Source: Candidatus Saganbacteria bacterium
Lineage (GTDB): Bacteria; Margulisbacteria; WOR-1; JAKLHX01
DNA: 32,000 nucleotides
Assembly: GCA_026387835.1 (NCBI GenBank)
Contig: JAPLKZ010000013.1
Location: 133,874-165,873, forward strand
Direction of reading: 5' to 3'
How positions within the stretch are numbered: position 1 is the stretch's first letter; each line of letters opens with the position of its first letter. The position numbers and the translations under genes were made by a program. Below the pieces are notes generated by a model. It made no database searches, had not been told where the DNA came from, and saw nothing but the letters and a program-made list of their open reading frames with translations. Below are positions 1 to 7,545 of this stretch, piece by piece.

Positions 1-1100
1 ACATCGCAACAATAGACCAGGCGCGCGAGAACCAACTTATAGGATTCGGGCTTGTAGCGGGGCTCCGGCAGTCAGGGGACAGCCAGCAGACCGAGTTTAC
101 AAAACAGGCGATAGCAAATCTTCTATCCCGCATGGGGATGTCTCCCCCGTCGCCCATAACAAGCTCAACGTCACGATCACTTACAAATCTATATAATTTT
201 TCAACGATCCCTAAATCGCAGGAATACAGGTCAAAGAACGTCGCCGCAGTGATGGTGACTGCTACGCTCCCTCCGTTCATGAAACCGGGGCAGAAAATAG
301 ATGTAACCGTGGCAAGTATAGGGGACGCCGCTAGCCTTAAAGGCGGCAACCTTCTGGCAACGCAGCTGCTGGGGATGGACGGTCAGACATATGCGGTGGC
401 GCAGGGGCCTGTCTCTCTGGGCGGGGTCAGCGATTCGAACTTTTTACCTTTCAGAACGGATATAGCTACAACGGGAAGAGTTCCCGGGGGAGGGCTGGTC
501 GAAAAGGAGATCCCCGTCAGTATTGAAGAAGAGCTGGCTCAGACAGACACGGCTGAAGCCTCCAGTTCGATCACGGGGTTCAAAATACTTTTGAACGAAC
601 CTGATTTTACGACAGCTTCAAGAGTTGCATACACAATAGCGAAAGAAGGCATCGATGTCCAGGCCCTTGATGCAGCTTCGATAATGGTCAGGGTCACTCC
701 GGGAGATGACGCGATATCACTTATCTCAAAGATCGAAACACTGAGGGTCATTCCTGACGTGAAAGCAAAAATTGTGATCAACGAAAGGACCGGCACGATA
801 GTGATCGGCGAAAATATCAGGATCGCGCCGGTAGCCGTCACTTACGGGAATTTCACCGTGACAATAGGGCCGGCATCTCTTACGTCAGGATTGAGCGAGA
901 CAGGGGGCATTCCTTTATCTTCAACGAATGTAATGATAAAGGAAAGCAATAAAAAACTTGTCATCTTGAAGGAATCCGCGAATTTATCAGACCTTGTGAG
1001 ATCGCTGAACTCGATAGGAGCCACTCCAAAAGACCTGATAGCTATCATTCAGGCTATAAAGCAATCCGGCGCATTGACCGCCGACCTGGAGATCATGTGA
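1..1100 (+). CDS. flgI: Flagellar P-ring protein FlgI (5' end outside the window)
   Basis: The frame is open from base 3 and reads IATIDQARENQLIGFGLVAGL..GDS..EFTKQAIANLL. It continues through KNVAAVMVTATLPPF..GQKIDVTVAS.GDA.SL.GG.LL.T.L.G.DGQ.YA.AQGP and ends SIGATPKDLIAIIQAIKQSGALTADLEIM. These are hallmark FlgI motifs. The ATG at 132 in the ORF track is internal. Confidence 0.93.
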   Translation, partial: IATIDQARENQLIGFGLVAGLRQSGDSQQTEFTKQAIANLLSRMGMSPPSPITSSTSRSLTNLYNFSTIPKSQEYRSKNVAAVMVTATLPPFMKPGQKIDVTVASIGDAASLKGGNLLATQLLGMDGQTYAVAQGPVSLGGVSDSNFLPFRTDIATTGRVPGGGLVEKEIPVSIEEELAQTDTAEASSSITGFKILLNEPDFTTASRVAYTIAKEGIDVQALDAASIMVRVTPGDDAISLISKIETLRVIPDVKAKIVINERTGTIVIGENIRIAPVAVTYGNFTVTIGPASLTSGLSETGGIPLSSTNVMIKESNKKLVILKESANLSDLVRSLNSIGATPKDLIAIIQAIKQSGALTADLEIM

Positions 1101-1423
1101 TGGATAATTTTATCCCGCCGGTGATCTTTAATCGCAACAGCGCGTACACCGGCAGCGTCACGCAGCCCGGTCCGGTGCAGGGCGATGCCGTGACGGCGGT
1201 CTCTTCGCTGTTTTTGCAGACCATGCTGAAAGAGATCTATAAAAACCAGTTTAAAAACGAACTTTTTACGACGGAAAACAATCCATCATCCTCGGTTTTT
1301 TCCGATATGTTCGTAGAACAGATGATAAATGAGATGGCAAATGCCGATACTTTCGGACTTAACAAGATGATCTCTTCGGCGATTGAGCCGCGGGATGTAA
1401 TAGAGGAAAGCAAATGCCCGTAA
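1097..1423 (+). CDS. flgJ: Rod-binding protein, like the FlgJ N-terminal domain, with no muramidase domain
   Basis: The 108-aa ORF overlaps the flgI stop; its start is GTG 1097 or ATG 1100. It contains the pattern LFLQTMLKEIYK...VFSDMFVEQM...A....GL, typical of the rod-binding family. It sits directly after flgI, as flgJ does in many clusters. Confidence 0.6.
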   Translation: MMDNFIPPVIFNRNSAYTGSVTQPGPVQGDAVTAVSSLFLQTMLKEIYKNQFKNELFTTENNPSSSVFSDMFVEQMINEMANADTFGLNKMISSAIEPRDVIEESKCP

Positions 1424-2163
1424 GACCGAAACAAGAATCGTTAAAACAGCAACAGCCTTACAGGCCTGCCATGGCCATGGAGGCGTACCTGCCGCTAGTC
1501 CATTCGATAGCGGCTATGATCTCAGGGAAAGGCCTCCCGCCGAACATAGATTATAACGATCTTGTAAGCGACGGCACTATAGGGCTGATGAAAGCGTGGG
1601 ATAATTTCGATCCTAAAAGGGGGGTCAAGTTCGAGACTTATGCTTCTTACAGGGTCAGGGGCGAGATACTGGACGGGCTCAAATATTACAATCCCGTTCC
1701 TTACAGGATACAGGTGATGATAAGGGACCTTGCGAAAAAAGGATACGACACAATACTAAAACGCGGCGAAAAAGAGTCCGGCATCTCGACAAAGGATTCA
1801 AAGCTTCTCGAAAAAAAGAGCCTCAGCGAGTCGGAATTCAAAGCGGCTGTCACAAAGATCCAGAAGATAGTATCTGCTTCGGCTTTGATGTACCTTGTTT
1901 CACTGGAACAGGCTTCCGATTCTTCGGAGATCCAGGTATCCGGAGAAAGGACCCCTGTCGAGGAGCTTGAATCCAGCGATCTTAAATTAAGGCTTGATAA
2001 CGAGATAAAAAGCCTTCCGAAGATGGAACGAACGGTGCTCGAACTTTTTTTCAAAAAAGGCCTTAGCCAGAAGGATATTGCAAAGGACCACAAACTGTCA
2101 AGAAGCAAGGTCAACAGGCTTATCGCGAGGGCAATAAACAGGCTGAAGGAAAAGTTGAAATAG
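1414..2163 (+). CDS. fliA: Flagellar sigma factor of the sigma-28 (FliA/WhiG) family
   Basis: The 249-aa protein lacks region 1. Region 2 reads DLVSDGTIGLMKAWDNFDP.RG.KFETYASYRVRGEILD. Region 4 HTH reads ERTVLELFFKKGLSQKDIAKDHKLSRSKVNRLIARAINRLK. The gene lies inside a flagellar cluster, has an AGAGGA SD and overlaps the upstream gene by 10 nt. Confidence 0.85.
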   Translation: MPVRPKQESLKQQQPYRPAMAMEAYLPLVHSIAAMISGKGLPPNIDYNDLVSDGTIGLMKAWDNFDPKRGVKFETYASYRVRGEILDGLKYYNPVPYRIQVMIRDLAKKGYDTILKRGEKESGISTKDSKLLEKKSLSESEFKAAVTKIQKIVSASALMYLVSLEQASDSSEIQVSGERTPVEELESSDLKLRLDNEIKSLPKMERTVLELFFKKGLSQKDIAKDHKLSRSKVNRLIARAINRLKEKLK

Positions 2164-2172
2164 GGCATAAAT

Positions 2173-2466
2173 ATGGAAATATTCGATCCTACGATGTCAA
2201 ATATTGAAAGTGCGATGGCGAGGAGCATAAAGATCCAGGAAGTTACCGCGCACAATATCGCCAACGCGCAGACGCCCGGCTTTACGGCTAAAAAATTTGA
2301 CGAGGTACTGAACAAAGCCGTCGAGCGCGAAGAAAATAAAACAGTGAATCTGGAAGAAGAAATGGCCGAAATGGCGAAGAACAACACCAGGTATTCGACA
2401 TATGCAAAACTAATGTCGGCAAAGCTCGCCGTGCTGAGAAATGTGATATCGCAGGGGAGAAAATAA
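2173..2466 (+). CDS. flgB: Flagellar basal-body rod protein FlgB (short, 97 aa)
   Basis: It has the N-terminal rod signature IQEVTAHNIANAQTPGFTAKKF and the C-terminal pattern LEEEMAEMAKNNTRYSTYAKLMSAKLAVLRNVI. It is followed by flgC-fliE, the canonical order. Confidence 0.85.
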   Translation: MEIFDPTMSNIESAMARSIKIQEVTAHNIANAQTPGFTAKKFDEVLNKAVEREENKTVNLEEEMAEMAKNNTRYSTYAKLMSAKLAVLRNVISQGRK

Positions 2467-2469
2467 GAC

Positions 2470-2910
2470 ATGGGATTAAACAGCGCGTTGGATATCTCTG
2501 TTTCCGCGATAAACGCCGAACGGCTTCATATGGAGCTTATAGCAAGCAATATCGCAAATATCAATACTACGAAGACCGTTGACGGGGGCATCTACAGGAG
2601 AAAGGTGCTTTCCTATACGGAAAAACCGGTAACGTTTGAAGATGTCCTTGCCGGCGCGCAGAAAAAGGCCGAGATAAAAACAGGCGGGGGAGTAGATGTG
2701 TCCGTTACTGAAGATATGAGCGCCCCTATGCAGAAAATATTCAACCCCGGTCATCCGGATGCCGATGAGAAGGGATACGTGACGCTTCCGAACGTGTCGT
2801 TGTCTACGGAGATGACGGACCTTATATTTGCGGGAAGACTTTATGAGACGAATGTTACGGTCTTTAGCGCGACAAAAAAAATGCAAACTGAAGCTCTCCA
2901 GATACAGTAA
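2470..2910 (+). CDS. flgC: Flagellar basal-body rod protein FlgC
   Basis: Motifs are ALDISVSAINAERLHMELIASNIANINTTKT..G.YRRK and a C-terminal GYVTLPNVSLSTEMTDLIFAGRLYETNVTVFSATKKM. Confidence 0.92.
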   Translation: MGLNSALDISVSAINAERLHMELIASNIANINTTKTVDGGIYRRKVLSYTEKPVTFEDVLAGAQKKAEIKTGGGVDVSVTEDMSAPMQKIFNPGHPDADEKGYVTLPNVSLSTEMTDLIFAGRLYETNVTVFSATKKMQTEALQIQ

Positions 2911-2923
2911 AGGAGACCGATAA

Positions 2924-3274
2924 ATGGCTGAAGGCATAAGCAGGATAGACCCGAATTTGCTGGCCCAGATCATGGGGCCCGAGACAACTCCTGCCGCCCC
3001 TGAAGTGGGCCAACCGTCAGCGGCATCCCCCGAGATAAAATCCTCCGGCATGACGTTCGACGATATCTTAGGTAAAGCCGTTAATGCGCTTGACGGGGTG
3101 AGCAATGTCGAGAACGATGCGAATTTAATGATGGAAAAATACATGAAAGGCCAGGTCGACGTATCGGACGTCATGATAGCCACGGCGAAGATGAACATTG
3201 CGGTCCAGCTTGCGGTGGCTACCGTCACTTCCGCCGTGAACACGTTCAAAGAAATAACTCAGATGCAGATCTGA
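2924..3274 (+). CDS. fliE: Flagellar hook-basal body complex protein FliE
   Basis: The 116-aa protein has the C-terminal pattern DVMIATAKMNIAVQLAVATVTSAVNTFKEITQMQI. An AAGGAG SD precedes it, and it lies between flgC and fliF. Confidence 0.88.
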   Translation: MAEGISRIDPNLLAQIMGPETTPAAPEVGQPSAASPEIKSSGMTFDDILGKAVNALDGVSNVENDANLMMEKYMKGQVDVSDVMIATAKMNIAVQLAVATVTSAVNTFKEITQMQI

Positions 3275-3290
3275 TAAAAAGGAGTGATCG

Positions 3291-4898
3291 ATGGGAGAGG
3301 CCAGAGCCCCGGGAAGAATGTCGGACACTAACAGGAATCTTATTATTTCGACTTCTGTTGTAGTGGTCGTTTCGCTTATAGTCCTGCTGGTGTTCTTCAG
3401 GTCGTGCGGCTTGTACGACAGGAATGCAGGTTATAAAGTTATCTACTCCAATCTCGACTTGAAAGATGCCGCGAACGTCGTCACCGTCCTTAAGGTCATG
3501 AAGATACCTTACCAGATAAGGGATGACGGCCGTACTGTAGCGGTCCCGAAAGACAAGGCCGATGACGCGAAGCTGGGTCTCGCGGAAAAAAATCTGCCTA
3601 CGGGCGGGTCGGTAGGATGGGAGATATTTGACCAGTCAAAGCTGGGGACCACCGATTTTGACCGAAGGGTACAGTTTGTAAGAGCGATTTCGGGAGAGCT
3701 TGCGAGGACGATAATGAGGATAGATGCGGTACTGGATGCAAGGGTGCAGATAGTCATTCCTCAAACCTCACTTTTTGAGGTGGCAAAAGCTCCTGTCACG
3801 GCTTCAGTCCTGCTGCAGCTTCGTACCGGAAGAAAGATTTCCCGCGAGCAGGTTAACGGGATAGTATACCTTGTCGCGAGCAGCGTGGAAAATCTAAGAC
3901 CGGAAAACGTCATAATAGTCGATATCTACGGCAACATCTTAAGCGGCCCCGGTGTGGGTTCCGTGGAAGCCAATGTCGTCGCCTCGCCTGTCACAGAGCA
4001 GATGTATATCGCCCCGACACAAGAAGTTGCGGAAAAAGCTCCGGTAAAAGAGATCTTGATCTCAAAGACCGTGCCCACAGGAATAAAAGAGACGGCAGCC
4101 ATAGCTCAGCTCGCCGCCACAAAAGAGACAGAGACCATTTCTTTGCCGCAGAAGAAACTGACCGTCGAAGAGAAAGTGGTCGTGAAGTTCAAGGCAAAGG
4201 AAGAATTCGAGAACATGCTCTCCAGCAAGGTCCAGAAAGTTGTGAATAATTTTTATCCGCCGAACAGCATCCTGGTGAAAGTAAATGTCGACCTGGCGGA
4301 ATATAAAGAAAGCCCGAAAAAACACACTGCAACTGCGGTAAAAGCAAAAAAACATGTCATTTCCAGCATGGAGAACGGCAAAAAACCAGTCCCGTCAAAA
4401 ATGTTGACGGAAGATAATATCAAGAAGATGACCGTCATAGTCCTTGTGGACAACAGGTTCAATCTTACAAAACAGCAAAAAAAGACTACTTATGAGATGA
4501 TAGGCAACGCGATTTCATACCACCCCAGCAGGGGGGACAGGATCATTTTAAGGCAGGTCCCGTTCCATTATGCTACAGCCTTTCAGCCGGGAATGATGCA
4601 AAAAGGATCTGCATCTAAGATGGAAAGTAAGAGATCACTTCCGGAAAAAATGATCTCACTACTCGGCCAAAACACTGCGGTGTCAGTTTTGGCGGCGTTG
4701 TTTATCTTCCTTTTGGCGGTGCTGGCCGCGAGGACATTTTCGAGAAGAAGGTCTTTGGAACAGGAAGCCGAGGAGATGAGCGAACCGGATGAAAGAATGA
4801 GGACAGCTTCTTCGGCGATAGAGCAGATAAGGACAGTGGTCGCGCAGTCTCCAGACCGCGTGGCGGAGCTCATGAAAAACTGGCTGAGCGAAAAATAA
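3291..4898 (+). CDS. fliF: Flagellar MS-ring protein FliF
   Basis: The 535-aa protein has an N-terminal TM helix (LIISTSVVVVVSLIVLLVFF). Its YscJ/FliF ring-building region reads IPYQIRDDGRTVAVPKDKADDAKLGLAEKNLP..G..GWEIFD. A second TM helix (AVSVLAALFIFLLAVLAA) and a FliG-binding C-terminus (IEQIRTVVAQSPDRVAELMKNWL) follow. Confidence 0.9.
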   Translation: MGEARAPGRMSDTNRNLIISTSVVVVVSLIVLLVFFRSCGLYDRNAGYKVIYSNLDLKDAANVVTVLKVMKIPYQIRDDGRTVAVPKDKADDAKLGLAEKNLPTGGSVGWEIFDQSKLGTTDFDRRVQFVRAISGELARTIMRIDAVLDARVQIVIPQTSLFEVAKAPVTASVLLQLRTGRKISREQVNGIVYLVASSVENLRPENVIIVDIYGNILSGPGVGSVEANVVASPVTEQMYIAPTQEVAEKAPVKEILISKTVPTGIKETAAIAQLAATKETETISLPQKKLTVEEKVVVKFKAKEEFENMLSSKVQKVVNNFYPPNSILVKVNVDLAEYKESPKKHTATAVKAKKHVISSMENGKKPVPSKMLTEDNIKKMTVIVLVDNRFNLTKQQKKTTYEMIGNAISYHPSRGDRIILRQVPFHYATAFQPGMMQKGSASKMESKRSLPEKMISLLGQNTAVSVLAALFIFLLAVLAARTFSRRRSLEQEAEEMSEPDERMRTASSAIEQIRTVVAQSPDRVAELMKNWLSEK

Positions 4899-4911
4899 TG
4901 ACGGAGTCAAA

Positions 4912-5445
4912 ATGGTCTTAACTGGAAGAGAAAAAGCGACGATATTGTTATCGTTATTGGGCGCCGACCTGTCGGCGCAGATACTGAGAAGCCTGCCTCC
5001 CGATATGGCGGACCTTATTGCTTCGGGAATAAACAATCTTCCGAACCCGTCTTCGGATGTAATATCGTCCGTACTCGAAGAGTTCGCGTCTTTTATTGCT
5101 CTTCCGGATGCTTCTCAAAAGAGAGGGATCGAACAGCAGGCATCTGCCAGGAGCACTCAGGCACCGCCAAAAGCGAACAGAAGCCCGTACGACACCCTTT
5201 TTTATTCCAAACCGAAAAAAGTGGCCATGGCACTTTCAGCAGAAAGATCGTCCGTCACTGCGTTCGTAATGTCGATGCTCCCGGCCGTGCAGGCAAGGGA
5301 TGTTTTGGCATTCATGCCGGACAGGAAAAATGAGATCGAAGATATCATGAGAGACCTAAGGCAGACCCCGATGTCAGAAAAGGTCAAGGAAGACGTAATC
5401 GCGATACTGGCTGAACGGATCGAAAGGATGTATTCGGAAGGTTAA
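4912..5445 (+). CDS. fliG: FliG-like rotor protein, about half length: N-terminal and middle domains only
   Basis: Residues 1-60 (LTGREKATILLSLLGADLSAQILRSLPPDMADLIASGINNL....VLEEF) align by eye to the FliG N domain. Residues about 95-170 (KKVAMALSAERSSVTAFVMSMLPAVQARDVLAFMPDRKNEIEDIMRDL) align to the middle ARM domain. The ORF ends 5 nt before fliH. It is 177 aa, against about 330 aa for canonical FliG. Confidence 0.7.
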   Translation: MVLTGREKATILLSLLGADLSAQILRSLPPDMADLIASGINNLPNPSSDVISSVLEEFASFIALPDASQKRGIEQQASARSTQAPPKANRSPYDTLFYSKPKKVAMALSAERSSVTAFVMSMLPAVQARDVLAFMPDRKNEIEDIMRDLRQTPMSEKVKEDVIAILAERIERMYSEG

Positions 5446-5450
5446 ATATT

Positions 5451-6197
5451 ATGGCATTGATAAAAAGATCGCAAGTCATTGAAAGAGGTTGTATAGACCT
5501 GAAGACAGAGGTCCCTGCCATCAGGCAGCAGCCGTCGGCCGATTTTTCCGGGGAAGAAGCGCAGGCTTTTGAAGAGATAAAAGAAGAGATCGTTTCTCAT
5601 ACAGTGGATGAAGCTTATGAAAAAACAGGGGAGATAATCGCCCAGGCCCAGGCAGAGGCCAAAGAGCTATTAAAAAAGGCCAATCAAGAGGCGGAGACCC
5701 TGTTCTTAAGGACAAAGGAAGAAGCGGTGCAGGCGGGCAAGGCCGAAGGCGAAGCCAGCGTGAGCGAGAACATAACCGCTTCGCTTGAGACACTGAACAA
5801 CGCGATAAAGGAAAGAAAAAGGATCATCAAGGATTCGGAAGGGGAGATCCTGCGGCTTTCACTGAAGATAGCGGAACAGGTGATAAGAAGCGAAGTGTCG
5901 CTGCACAAGGATGTGGTGATGAACATCGTGGCCGAGGCGGTGAACAAGGTCAGCGACAGGGAGAATGTAATAATAAAGGTCAACAGGGAAGATGCCGAGC
6001 ATATAAAAAAATACAAGGACAGGCTGTCAGGGATAGTGGATGGCGTGAAAAACCTTTCTATAATAGAAGACAGCCAGGTAGAACCCGGAGGCTGTGTTAT
6101 CGAGACGAATCTCGGGTTTGTCGACGCGCGCGTCAGCACAAAACTCTCGCTGATAGAGCAATCGCTTATGAAGGCGCAGGCAAGTGTCACAGAATAA
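5451..6197 (+). CDS. fliH: Flagellar export-apparatus protein FliH
   Basis: The 248-aa protein has a charged coiled-coil N half. Its C half reads [32 protein letters not shown]....VIIKVN.EDAEHI......[20 protein letters not shown], typical of the FliH/YscL family. It overlaps the fliI start by 14 nt. Confidence 0.8.
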   Translation: MALIKRSQVIERGCIDLKTEVPAIRQQPSADFSGEEAQAFEEIKEEIVSHTVDEAYEKTGEIIAQAQAEAKELLKKANQEAETLFLRTKEEAVQAGKAEGEASVSENITASLETLNNAIKERKRIIKDSEGEILRLSLKIAEQVIRSEVSLHKDVVMNIVAEAVNKVSDRENVIIKVNREDAEHIKKYKDRLSGIVDGVKNLSIIEDSQVEPGGCVIETNLGFVDARVSTKLSLIEQSLMKAQASVTE

Positions 6198-7533
6198 TTC
6201 TCTCCAGGAAAACACTTCTTTGATAGATTTTGAAAAATACCACAAAGCCGTAGAACGTTCCGAAGGAATAAGGGTCATCGGAAAGGTCATCCAGGTCGTC
6301 GGATTGATCCTTGAGGCGCAGGTGCAGGGGGTCTCAATAGGAGACCTCTGTATCATCAGGCTGAATAAGGGAAACGCCGATGACATCAGGTATGGGGAGG
6401 TCGTCGGATTCAAGGAAGGAAGGGTCCTTCTGATGCCGCTCGGCACGACCACGGGGATATCTCCGGGTTCCGAAGTCCTTGCCGCGGGACATCCTCTGAT
6501 GGTAAAAGTAGGCCAAGGGCTTTTGGGCAGGGTGCTCGGAGGTCTGGGAGAGCCTATTGATGATAAAGGCCCTTTGATAACCGAAGAAGAAAGGCCTCTT
6601 GACGCCGATCCTCCGGACCCGGTGAAAAGACCGAGGGTGACGGAAATAATCAGGGCCGGGATCCGGGCGATAGACGGGCTGCTTACTTTGGGAAGAGGGC
6701 AAAGGATCGGGATCTTTGCCGGTTCAGGAGTGGGTAAATCGACGTTGATGGGCATGCTCGCGAGGAACGCGGAAGCGGATGTAAACGTCATAGCGCTCAT
6801 CGGAGAGCGCGGAAGAGAAGTAAGGGATTTTATCGAGGAATCGCTGGGAGAAGAGGGCCTGAAAAAATCCGTCGTAGTGGTGGCGACATCGGACCAGCCG
6901 CCTCTGGTCAGGCTAAAAGCGTCTTTTGTGGCTACGGCTATAGCGGAATATTTCAGGGACCAGGACAAAAAGGTCATCTTCATGATGGATTCGGTGACGC
7001 GCTTTGCGTACGCGCAAAGGGACGTGGGGCTGGCGTCCGGAGAGCCTCCCACGACGAGAGGTTATACTCCGTCGGTCTTTGCGATGCTGCCGAGGCTTAT
7101 GGAAAGGTCAGGCACGGCGGAGATAGGTTCCATCACCGGACTTTACACCATACTTGTCGAAGGAGATGATTTCAACGAACCTATAGCCGATCAGTCAAGG
7201 AGCATTCTTGACGGCCATATAATACTGTCCAGGGCGCTTGCGGCAAAGAACCATTATCCGGCGATAGATGTGCTTCCGAGCGTGAGCCGGTTGATGTCTA
7301 ACCTTGTTTCGGATGAGCACAAAGAAGCGGCCGGAAAGCTCAGGGAGGTTCTGGCGCGCTACAGCGAAGCCGAAGACCTCATCAATATCGGTGCTTATGT
7401 AAAAGGGTCCAACCCGAAGATCGACGAGGCGATCGCAAAGATCGACGCGGTCAACGAATTCCTCAAACAGGGCACTTTTGAACAGGTAATGTTCGAGGAC
7501 ATGCTTGACCAGCTCCTTTCAATATTTTACTGA
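6184..7533 (+). CDS. fliI: Flagellum-specific ATPase FliI
   Basis: The Walker A motif is [12 protein letters not shown] and the Walker B-like motif is [17 protein letters not shown]1/T3SS ATPase motifs include [19 protein letters not shown] and [19 protein letters not shown]. The start codon is GTG. Confidence 0.95.
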   Translation: MSQNNSLQENTSLIDFEKYHKAVERSEGIRVIGKVIQVVGLILEAQVQGVSIGDLCIIRLNKGNADDIRYGEVVGFKEGRVLLMPLGTTTGISPGSEVLAAGHPLMVKVGQGLLGRVLGGLGEPIDDKGPLITEEERPLDADPPDPVKRPRVTEIIRAGIRAIDGLLTLGRGQRIGIFAGSGVGKSTLMGMLARNAEADVNVIALIGERGREVRDFIEESLGEEGLKKSVVVVATSDQPPLVRLKASFVATAIAEYFRDQDKKVIFMMDSVTRFAYAQRDVGLASGEPPTTRGYTPSVFAMLPRLMERSGTAEIGSITGLYTILVEGDDFNEPIADQSRSILDGHIILSRALAAKNHYPAIDVLPSVSRLMSNLVSDEHKEAAGKLREVLARYSEAEDLINIGAYVKGSNPKIDEAIAKIDAVNEFLKQGTFEQVMFEDMLDQLLSIFY

Positions 7534-7545
7534 TACAATATAATT
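7531..7545 (+). promoter_or_regulatory. Candidate extended -10 element (TGaTACAAT) 6 nt upstream of the SD-less glyS ATG; possible leaderless start
   Basis: TG lies at 7531-7532 and TACAAT at 7534-7539, followed by the 6 nt ATAATT and then ATG at 7546. No Shine-Dalgarno sequence is present and no good -35 was found. Confidence 0.2.

Noticed and set aside
1331-1356. A sigma-28-like promoter motif inside the rod-binding gene, about 60 nt upstream of fliA: TAAA, then 13 nt, then GCCGATAC.
   Set aside because: The spacing is 13 nt rather than the consensus of about 15 nt between TAAA and GCCGATAA, and the last base differs. A single partial match inside coding sequence is not enough to call an autoregulatory promoter. 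It would be worth checking only if TSS data exist.
6027-7052. Long antisense ORFs opposite confirmed genes. Examples are the 341-aa ORF opposite fliI, 1701-2471 and 2476-3249 opposite fliA/flgB/flgC/fliE, 13232-13822 opposite relA, 20033-20758 opposite the GT4 gene, 26387-27079 opposite aroF, and the + strand ORFs opposite the EI-like gene.
   Set aside because: The translated products are low-complexity and rich in S, R, P and L, with no recognisable motifs, SDs or sensible boundaries. In each case the opposite strand encodes a protein with strong family signatures. They are shadow ORFs of the kind expected from codon bias.
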